Notes under the pieces: generated by a model
Told to the model about the DNA's origin: nothing
The model's input: the letters and a program-made list of their open reading frames with translations, nothing else
Databases searched by the model: none
Shown here: positions 57,025 to 64,000 of the stretch, in pieces
Position numbering within the stretch: position 1 is the stretch's first letter
Layout of the letters: each line of letters starts with the position of its first letter
Program-made: the position numbers and the translations under genes
Assembly: GCA_023382455.1 (NCBI GenBank)
Contig: JAHDVX010000005.1
Location: 133,861 to 197,860 of the forward strand
DNA: 64,000 nucleotides
Reading direction: 5' to 3'
Source: Flavobacteriales bacterium
GTDB taxonomy: Bacteria > Bacteroidota > Bacteroidia > Flavobacteriales_F > PHOS-HE28

Positions 57025-58203
57025 ATGCCCATGTACCGTACGGCGATCCTCGCCGCCCTCCTCATTGCCGGATCGCTCCATGCCCAGGACGATCTGGTGC
57101 GCAAGACCAGCGCCACCGCCACGGACAGCACCGGCTACCGCTTCACCACGGTGGTGAGCACCGAGGCGACCCCCGTGCAGAACCAAGCCTCATCCGGCAC
57201 CTGCTGGAGCTACGCCACCAACAGCTTCCTGGAGTCGGAGATGATCCGCAACGGCGGGCCCGCCATCCACCTCTCCAAGATCTACACCGCGCGCCGCTCC
57301 TATGAGGACAAGGCCGATGCCTACGTGCGCATGCACGGCAGCCTCAATTACGGCGACGGCGGGGAGCCGCATGACGTGGTCAATATGTACGCCAAGTACG
57401 GCACCATGCCCGAGGAGGCCTACACCGGCCTGAACTATGGCACGGACAAGAACCAGTTCGCCGAACTGCAGGCCATGCTCAAGGCGATGCTCGACGTGGT
57501 GATCAAGGCCCCCAATCGCGGCAAGCTCACGCCCGTGTGGAAGAAGGCCTTCAGCAATGTGCTCGATGCCTACCTCGGCCCCGTGCCCGAGACATTCACC
57601 TACAAGGGAAAGAGCTACACGCCCCAAAGCTTCGCCAAGGAGGTGGTGAAGCTGGACCCCGCGGACTACGTGGAGTTCCTCTCCATGACCACCGCGCCGT
57701 ACTATGCGGAGACCATGATGATGGTGCCCGACAACTGGGCGCTTCAGCAGGCGTGGAACATTCCCATGGAGGATATGGTCACCATCATCGACCATGCGCT
57801 GAAGAACGGCTACTCGGTGGCCTGGGGCGGTGATGTGAGCGAGCCTTCCTTCAGCTGGAAGAACGGCATCGCCTGGATCCCCGTGACACCGGCCGATGAT
57901 CTCACCAAGGAGCAGAAGGAGGACCTTTTCACCGGTCCGAAGCCGGAAATGACCATCACGCCGGAGCTGCGCCAGGAGGCCTTCGACAACTACACCACCC
58001 AGGACGACCACGGCATGCAGATCACCGGCATCGCCAAGGACCAGGCCGGCAACGAGTGGTACATCGTGAAGAACTCCTGGGGTGTGAAGAACGACCACGA
58101 AGGCTACCTCTACATGAGCAAGAACTTCGTGCGGTACAAGACCACCAGCTTCATGGTGAACCGCAAGGGCGTTCCTTCGGGCATCATGAAGAAGCTTAAG
58201 TGA
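57025..58203 (+). CDS. C1-family cysteine peptidase (aminopeptidase C / bleomycin hydrolase-like), secreted
   Basis: QNQASSGTCWSYA active-site Cys motif, signal peptide. 392 aa. Confidence 0.85.
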   Translation: MPMYRTAILAALLIAGSLHAQDDLVRKTSATATDSTGYRFTTVVSTEATPVQNQASSGTCWSYATNSFLESEMIRNGGPAIHLSKIYTARRSYEDKADAYVRMHGSLNYGDGGEPHDVVNMYAKYGTMPEEAYTGLNYGTDKNQFAELQAMLKAMLDVVIKAPNRGKLTPVWKKAFSNVLDAYLGPVPETFTYKGKSYTPQSFAKEVVKLDPADYVEFLSMTTAPYYAETMMMVPDNWALQQAWNIPMEDMVTIIDHALKNGYSVAWGGDVSEPSFSWKNGIAWIPVTPADDLTKEQKEDLFTGPKPEMTITPELRQEAFDNYTTQDDHGMQITGIAKDQAGNEWYIVKNSWGVKNDHEGYLYMSKNFVRYKTTSFMVNRKGVPSGIMKKLK

Positions 58204-58222
58204 GGGGCCTCGAACCCGGTGC

Positions 58223-58654
58223 TCAACCGGCCAGGTAGGCCAGTCCGCTGTTCACCTCCTCGTACAGGTCGCGCACCCGGTGGCTTTCGCACAGCTGCCG
58301 GAATTGGTCGCGGATGGGCTTGTAGCGCTCATGGAACGGGCAGGGGTGGGCATCGCTGCACTTGCTCAGGCCGAGCCCGCAGTTATTGAAGATGTCCCGC
58401 CCGTCAATCGCCTCTACGATCCTCACCACGCGCTGGTCCGCCTGTTTCGGCGTCAGGTAGAATCCGCCGGTGGGGCCCTTTGCGCTGCAGATCAGTCCGG
58501 CCTTCGCCAGTTTCTGCAGCATCTTGCCCACGGTGTGCTCGTTCTCGCCGATGTAGGCGGCCACTTCTCTCAGGCTGGAGCGCTCGCCCGTGGCCAACCG
58601 CGACCCCAGGAAGATCACGGCCTTGATGGCCGCTTTGCACGTCAAGCTCAGCAT
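58223..58654 (-). CDS. Rrf2-family transcriptional regulator (NsrR/IscR-like)
   Basis: Rrf2 HTH (SLREVAAYIGENEHTVGKMLQKLAKAGLI) and three Cys (CGLGLSKCSDAHPC) for an Fe-S cluster. Confidence 0.85.
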   Translation of the reverse strand: MLSLTCKAAIKAVIFLGSRLATGERSSLREVAAYIGENEHTVGKMLQKLAKAGLICSAKGPTGGFYLTPKQADQRVVRIVEAIDGRDIFNNCGLGLSKCSDAHPCPFHERYKPIRDQFRQLCESHRVRDLYEEVNSGLAYLAG

Positions 58655-58658
58655 CGTC

Positions 58659-58979
58659 CTATCCGCCCAGGTACATGCGGCCCGCCTCGGAGATCATGTC
58701 CTGCCGCCAAGGCGGGTCGAAGGTGATGTTCACCTGCACCTCCGCACCGGGGAACGTCATCTTCAAAGCCTCGGTCACATTGGACTGGATGGATTCCCCC
58801 ATGGGGCAGAACTCCGTGGTAAAGGTCATCAGGCAGGTCACCTTCCCGCTTTCCGGGTCGATGTCGATCTCGTAGATCAACCCGAGGTCAACCACGTTGA
58901 GGCCTACCTCGGGATCGTCCACGAAACGCAGGGCATCCAGCGCCCGGTCGATTTTATCGTCCTGTTCCTGTTCGTTCAT
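58659..58979 (-). CDS. DUF59 / SufT-like Fe-S cluster assembly factor
   Basis: 106 aa, VVDLGLIYEIDID...TFTTEFCPMGE matches the MIP18/SufT family. Confidence 0.8.
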   Translation of the reverse strand: MNEQEQDDKIDRALDALRFVDDPEVGLNVVDLGLIYEIDIDPESGKVTCLMTFTTEFCPMGESIQSNVTEALKMTFPGAEVQVNITFDPPWRQDMISEAGRMYLGG

Positions 58980-60271
58980 GGTTTGAACTTTTTGGTGAAC
59001 ACCATGCGGCCGATGTTCCAGTTGTAAAGGATGGCCGCTAGCAAGAGCAAGGCCGCGCCCGATTGCAACAGCAGCATGTTCCCGGCCAGGATGCCCACCG
59101 CGAAGCCGGCGAAGCCTGCCAAGTAGGTGAAGGCCATTGCCACGAACACCCGGTCGCTGTACAGGTCCTTGGGGCTGGGCATTTTCCCGATGTAGGCGCG
59201 TGGGCGGTATACTTTGTTCCACACGATGAATGGCAGCGTCTTGAAGGTCATGCCCAGGATGATCGCCGTGATCCATCCGAAGAAGATGGTGAAGCCGTAG
59301 AGGAGCGTCACCTCCGTGCGCTCGCGGCCGGTGAGCACCAGGATGGCGATCAGCACCAGCAGCACCAGCGTGGGCAGCACCAGCAGGCCCACTGAGAGCA
59401 GCGATACCTTCATCTGGTGGTCCACTTTCCTGCGGATCCGCACCATGTACGCTTTGCGGCAGTACCCGGCGAAAAGCAGCAGCGCCGCCAGCACCATCAG
59501 GGCCGGTATGAAGTTGAGCCCGGCTTGGGGGAAGTACAGGAAGAGCACGGCATAGCCCAGCAGGGCCGCGTTCACCAAGGCATAGATGGTCCACAGCATG
59601 CGCGGGTCGCTGTGCTTGCTGATCAGGAACATGGGGATCAGGCGCGACCCCACGCCCAGCACCAGCAGCAGGAACCAGCCCACGATGCCCAAGTGCGCGT
59701 GCAGGCTGAGGTAATGCAGCGAACCGCGCGGCAGCAGGTGGTGCGTGCCGGTGAAGTCGATCACCAACGTCAGGCCCAGCGCAACGGTCAGCAGCAACCA
59801 GAGCGCGGCGGTGAAGACGAACACAGCATGCACGTTCTCCCGCTTGCTCTTGCTGATGCTGATGAAGATGTTGGCCAGGTAGCAAAGCACCCCGGCCACC
59901 ACCAGGCTGCCACCCAGCTGCGCCGCCGCGCCCATGCTGAACCGGAAGAAGGCTTGCACAAGCACCGGAATGCCGAGGCCGGCCAGGAGGAATGAGGCAT
60001 AGGCCAGTTTCTCGCTGTACAGGTCCGCCTCGATCAGCACCGGGAACAGTTGGTGGCTGGCGCCCAGGATGATCATGGTGCCCCAGCCCAGCGCCATCGT
60101 GTGGGTGATCGCCAGGATGTGCGGCTGGAAATAGTGCCCGGTAAAGGCGCCGTGCGAGAGGAACAGCAGCACCGTGCCCGCCAGGAAGGAAACCGCGGCG
60201 TAGAGGTAAAAGGGGATCACCACTTTGTGGGAAGTGGTGCGTGCCACGTTGCCGAGCGGGGAGCCGACCAT
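58976..60271 (-). CDS. NnrS-like polytopic membrane protein (NO-response associated), 431 aa
   Basis: ~12 TM helices with conserved His. Sits inside an Rrf2/DUF2249/RIC operon. Family assignment is by pattern and context only. Confidence 0.5.
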   Translation of the reverse strand: MVGSPLGNVARTTSHKVVIPFYLYAAVSFLAGTVLLFLSHGAFTGHYFQPHILAITHTMALGWGTMIILGASHQLFPVLIEADLYSEKLAYASFLLAGLGIPVLVQAFFRFSMGAAAQLGGSLVVAGVLCYLANIFISISKSKRENVHAVFVFTAALWLLLTVALGLTLVIDFTGTHHLLPRGSLHYLSLHAHLGIVGWFLLLVLGVGSRLIPMFLISKHSDPRMLWTIYALVNAALLGYAVLFLYFPQAGLNFIPALMVLAALLLFAGYCRKAYMVRIRRKVDHQMKVSLLSVGLLVLPTLVLLVLIAILVLTGRERTEVTLLYGFTIFFGWITAIILGMTFKTLPFIVWNKVYRPRAYIGKMPSPKDLYSDRVFVAMAFTYLAGFAGFAVGILAGNMLLLQSGAALLLLAAILYNWNIGRMVFTKKFKP

Positions 60272-61087
60272 CTACGCCTTGAAGATCAACAGCTTCACGT
60301 TGCCTTCCGCGATCTCCCAGCTCCGGTGTTCAAACTTCCTGTCCTCCAGTTCGGGCAGCAGGAACATGGGGATCCGTTTATGGTTCACATACAACGCATG
60401 GTCCGCGGGCAAATGGTCCAACTCCTCCAGGATGGTCATCATCGGCAGGGGCATCTCCAGCTCGCGGACGTCGATCTCCTTCATCCGCCCCGCGTATTGC
60501 TTGAGCTTTTCCTCCCAGTCCGAACTGCGGCGCTCGGCCTTGGCAGCGCCCATCCGCACTTCGTCACCCTTGAAGAAGTACGTGTGGAACACACCGCCGT
60601 CCAACACCTCCCCGTAGGTCTGGAAGCCGCGTTTGCCCAGCAGTTGCACCAAGGGGATGGGGTCGAAATCGTTGATGATCCGCAAGGCCTGGCCAGGTGA
60701 CAACTCACCCACGTACTTCAGGATCAGGTTGAAGGGGTCCTGGCCTCCCGCGAGGATCGGGCGCACATCCAGGTCAACCACGTCGCCGGGCTTCAAGTGC
60801 TTCATGAAGGCCGGCATCGGCGCGGCCTGTGCGGCAACTTCGGCCACGGGTGCGGAACTGGCCTGGAATCCCAGGGGCTGCAGCTTGGCGAAAAAATCCT
60901 CCGGCCGGCAGCCGCCGATCTTGCTCGCCATGCCGATGGTGGTGCGCGAGGCCATCAGCTTGCGCAGCAACGGGTTCCGCAGTTTGGTGAACTTCGGGGA
61001 GAGCGATACAATGGCCTCCAGCGCCTCCGGGTTCTCCCGCAGCAGGGCGGAGATCTTGGTGTTTGCGTCAATCGTCATTTTGGCCAT
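60272..61087 (-). CDS. DUF1858 (ScdA N-terminal-like) + 2x DUF2249 fusion protein
   Basis: N-terminus MTIDANTKISALLRENPEALEAIVSLSPKFTKLRNPLLRKLMA (DUF1858), followed by two DUF2249-like units. Start at Met-13; the track start is GTG. Confidence 0.65.
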   Translation of the reverse strand: MAKMTIDANTKISALLRENPEALEAIVSLSPKFTKLRNPLLRKLMASRTTIGMASKIGGCRPEDFFAKLQPLGFQASSAPVAEVAAQAAPMPAFMKHLKPGDVVDLDVRPILAGGQDPFNLILKYVGELSPGQALRIINDFDPIPLVQLLGKRGFQTYGEVLDGGVFHTYFFKGDEVRMGAAKAERRSSDWEEKLKQYAGRMKEIDVRELEMPLPMMTILEELDHLPADHALYVNHKRIPMFLLPELEDRKFEHRSWEIAEGNVKLLIFKA

Positions 61088-61199
61088 GTTGATATCCTTC
61101 TTCCACCACACCCCGTTCACCACACGGCAAAGGAAGCAAGCGGCGCGGCGCGGCGTACGGATAACTCCGCATGGTCCGCGCCCCGGCTTTTATCATCTG

Positions 61200-62636
61200 T
61201 CAGAAGGATTTCTCCATCTCCGCGGCCTTGCGGAAGAGCAGGTGGTTCTCCAGGGAGATGTGGATGTGCGTGTCGTCGTCCAGTTCCTTCAGTTTGCGGA
61301 ACAGCAGCGAGTAGCTGGCACAGGCATCCTCCGGCGGCGCATAGCCTCCGGTGATCTCATGCAGCTCGTCGATCATGCCGCCTACCGAGGTGTGCTCCTT
61401 CACCAGCTTGTCCAACTTGTCCTGGAAACGGCCCATGCTGCTCGCGGGCAGCGGCTGGCCGGAGTTCTTGGCGGCCACCAGTTGCTTGATGTACGGGAAC
61501 ATGGTCTTCTCCTCGTCCGTGGCGTGCTCCAGCAGTTCATCGCTCACGGCCTGTACCAATTCGTTCACGCGGTGCAGCTCGGGGTGGTGCGCGCCGTGCA
61601 CCTTTTCCACCTTGGCCGAGTACATCTTGATGTCCGGGAGGTTCTTCCGCAGGAAGCCGTGGTGGGTATTCACGATGAAGTCCGCCAGGAAGTCGATGCT
61701 CCATTCATGGTAGGGCAGGGCGGAGCGGCTTTGGTCCTTCTCCACTTCACGCAGTTCCTGTTCCACGCGCGTCACGTCGATGCCCTTTGCGGCGCAGGCT
61801 TCGTTCAGGGTCATGTCGCCGTGGCAGCAGAAGTCCAGGTCGTGTTTCTTGAACACTTCGGCCTTGCGCATGTCCTTGGCCACGATCTCGCCGAGGGTCT
61901 CACCCGTGGTGCCTTGCGGCCGCTTGGTGATCTTCACCCGCCACCACCGCGGGCCCTGCTCCAAGTATTCCCAGGTGAACACGTCACCCATTTCTCCCTG
62001 CATCTGGTAGTACAGCGGCTTGGGGTCATGGTCGTTGTGGATGGTCAGGCTTTCACCTCCTTGCAGGGCGTGGTAGCGGCTGAAGATGGTGGGGTGCTTC
62101 TCGCGCGGGGCCAGCTTGGTCACGTCCAGGATGTTCTCGCCGCTCCCATCGGCCCCGGCGATCTTGCGGGTGATCTTCACTTTCCACCACACCGGGCCTT
62201 GCTCCAGATACTCCCAACCGAAGGCGTCGCCATGCTCGGCTTCCAAGTGGTAGCGTAGCGGAACGGGATCGTGGTCGTTATGGATGGTTAGGCTTTCGCC
62301 GCCCTGCAACTGGTCGATCCGGGCGAAGATGGTGCTGTGCTTCACCATCGGCGGCAGCTGGGTGACGTCAAGGATGTTCCGGCCTTTCTCATTCTGTGGG
62401 GCGCGCTTGGTGAGCTTCACCTTCCACCATTCCGGGCCTTGCTCCAGGTATTCCCAGGCAATGGTGTCCTGGTGCGTGTGGGCCAGCTGGTAGCGCAGCG
62501 GGGCGGGGTCGTGGTCGTTGTGGATGATCAGGCTTTCGCCATCCTGCAATTGGGCGATGCGGTTGAAGATGGTGCTGTGCTTCATCATCGGCGCCAGTTG
62601 GGTCACGTCCAGGATCTGCTCGGTCGTTGTTTCCAT
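61200..62636 (-). CDS. 3x DUF2249 repeats fused to a RIC (ScdA/YtfE, repair of iron centres) hemerythrin-like di-iron domain, 478 aa
   Basis: Three ~85-aa units ILDVTQLxPxxKHxTIFxRxxxLQxGESLxIHNDHDPxPLxY...WEYLEQGPxWWxVKI, then a ScdA/RIC-like domain with His-rich motifs (HHGFLRKNLP, HGAHHPEL). Confidence 0.7.
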   Translation of the reverse strand: METTTEQILDVTQLAPMMKHSTIFNRIAQLQDGESLIIHNDHDPAPLRYQLAHTHQDTIAWEYLEQGPEWWKVKLTKRAPQNEKGRNILDVTQLPPMVKHSTIFARIDQLQGGESLTIHNDHDPVPLRYHLEAEHGDAFGWEYLEQGPVWWKVKITRKIAGADGSGENILDVTKLAPREKHPTIFSRYHALQGGESLTIHNDHDPKPLYYQMQGEMGDVFTWEYLEQGPRWWRVKITKRPQGTTGETLGEIVAKDMRKAEVFKKHDLDFCCHGDMTLNEACAAKGIDVTRVEQELREVEKDQSRSALPYHEWSIDFLADFIVNTHHGFLRKNLPDIKMYSAKVEKVHGAHHPELHRVNELVQAVSDELLEHATDEEKTMFPYIKQLVAAKNSGQPLPASSMGRFQDKLDKLVKEHTSVGGMIDELHEITGGYAPPEDACASYSLLFRKLKELDDDTHIHISLENHLLFRKAAEMEKSF

Positions 62637-62814
62637 GGTTGGTTCGTGTAAGGAGGGGAACGGGGTGCAAAGGTAGGTAGCGGCGCCCTATAAAAGTAAA
62701 CAAATACCTTTATTGGACCGTCTGAACTCCTGGGGCGAACGATCGGGGGGCATCAGATCCCCAAGGGGGCCAGGCCTATCGGGAACGGAGGAGGTTGGAG
62801 GAATGGGAGACGGG

Positions 62815-63998
62815 TCACACGCCGGCCTTCAAGGTCCCTTGCTTCGCGGCGCCGTTGCCGGGCATGTAGCCGAAGAGCTTGTTGTCCTTGATCATGTTGT
62901 CCACGAAGGGGGGTACCAGCACTTCCCAGCCGGGTTTCCCTTCGCGGATCATCTGGAGCACCTGCACGCTGAAGATGTGCAACACCTGGGGGTCGAAGGT
63001 TTCGATGTCCACCATCCGCTTGTTGCTCATCAGGTAATCGTAGAGCGGCTTCACGCGCGGGGAGATTGCCATGTTCTCCAAGGTGATCAAGGAGGCTTCG
63101 GGGGCCGGACGGCTGGGGTAGACGTAGATCTTCAGGTCGCGGGTGAAGAGGATCCCGAAGGCTTCGAGCATGCCGCCGTTGAGGCCGCGGTAGTACTTCT
63201 CGTCGAAGACCTTCACCAGGTTGTCGATGCCCATGATCAACCCCATGCGCGCCTTGGTGTAGCGGCTGAAGTATTCCACCAGCTTGTAGTATTCCTGGTA
63301 GTTGCTGATCAGCACCGTCTGCCCCAGTGAGCACAGGATGTCGGCCCGGTCGATGAAGTCCTTCTCGTCCACGTCGCCGCTGTCGGCCTGCAGGTTGTTG
63401 AGGGTGATCTCGAAGAGCACCTGGAGGTTCTGCCGGTCTACACGCTGCTCCTTGATGAACATGTTGTAGCCGTTCATGATCATGTCGATGTTCACCTTGG
63501 TCACCGGCCGGAAGCTGCCACGGATGGCCAGGATGTTCTTCCGGTAGAGCACTTCGGCGGCTTGCAGGTTCTGCCCGTCCGGCCCGAAGATCACGGCATC
63601 GGTGTAGCCACGCTTCACCAGCTGCAGGCTCAGCAGCCTGTTGTCCACCTGGCTGAAGTCCGGGCCGGTCATCTGGATCATGTCGACCTCCACCACATGG
63701 CGGCTCACGTTGTCATACAACGTGGTCATCATCATGTCCGGGTCCTCATGGTGGAAGCAGCAGGCATGCAGGAGGTTCACGCCCAGCACGCCGATGGCTT
63801 CCTGCTGCAGGTTGATGTCCGGGTCGTGCAGCCGCACGTGGATCACCACATCATTGGTTGGCCGGCCCGGAGCGGTCTGGAAGCGCACGCCCAGCCAGCC
63901 ATGCCCTGTGTGCGGGTGGTTGTAGGTGCTGGTGGCCACCGTGTTGGCAAAGCTGAAGAAACGCTTGGAGGGATGGTCCTTGCGGTCAAGCCGTTCCA
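62815..63998 (-). CDS. hypothetical protein, first gene of the Rrf2-regulated cluster; may extend beyond the window edge
   Basis: 394-aa ORF with protein-like composition; GTG at the window edge; no family recognised. Confidence 0.4.
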   Translation of the reverse strand, partial: ERLDRKDHPSKRFFSFANTVATSTYNHPHTGHGWLGVRFQTAPGRPTNDVVIHVRLHDPDINLQQEAIGVLGVNLLHACCFHHEDPDMMMTTLYDNVSRHVVEVDMIQMTGPDFSQVDNRLLSLQLVKRGYTDAVIFGPDGQNLQAAEVLYRKNILAIRGSFRPVTKVNIDMIMNGYNMFIKEQRVDRQNLQVLFEITLNNLQADSGDVDEKDFIDRADILCSLGQTVLISNYQEYYKLVEYFSRYTKARMGLIMGIDNLVKVFDEKYYRGLNGGMLEAFGILFTRDLKIYVYPSRPAPEASLITLENMAISPRVKPLYDYLMSNKRMVDIETFDPQVLHIFSVQVLQMIREGKPGWEVLVPPFVDNMIKDNKLFGYMPGNGAAKQGTLKAGV

Positions 63999-64000
63999 CG

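Overview
This is a 64-kb window of high-GC (~65%) chromosomal DNA that looks Bacteroidota-like. The main cues are a peptidase with a T9SS C-terminal sorting domain, TAnnTTTG-type -7 promoter boxes, a Bat/two-anchor membrane protein, LTA-synthase, WbqC and NlpE genes. Most genes are densely packed housekeeping and envelope functions: aroK, aroE, uvrB, fabG, sucD, mnmE, glmM, a NifS/IscS-type cysteine desulfurase, malate synthase, two M16 peptidases, NDH-2, and a MarR-MFP-RND-TolC efflux operon. There is also an Rrf2-controlled nitrosative-stress-type operon encoding SufT-like, NnrS-like and DUF1858/DUF2249/RIC proteins.

Three accessory patches stand out.
(1) An ~0.8-kb AT-rich insertion (~36% GC) sits beside glmM. 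It encodes a PD-(D/E)xK nuclease-like protein and has truncated the parE toxin of a parDE module.
(2) An ~8-kb segment runs from the cysteine desulfurase 3' end to a decayed copy of that same 3' end 7.9 kb downstream. It carries a HIRAN protein, a frameshifted gene, mid-GC hypotheticals and an MmeI-family Type IIL restriction-modification enzyme with an in-frame 27-bp x3 tandem repeat.
(3) The fabG-Sel1-sucD locus has a perfect 69-bp direct duplication of the sucD 3' end bracketing a Sel1-repeat gene, plus degenerate tandem heptamer arrays (GTTGTNN / NNACAAC) flanking fabG. A short copy of the same heptamer motif sits exactly at the left boundary of the 8-kb segment.

No rRNA, tRNA or CRISPR was found. 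Many long track ORFs are antisense artefacts of the high GC. Coordinates for features not in the ORF track are approximate to within a few nt.
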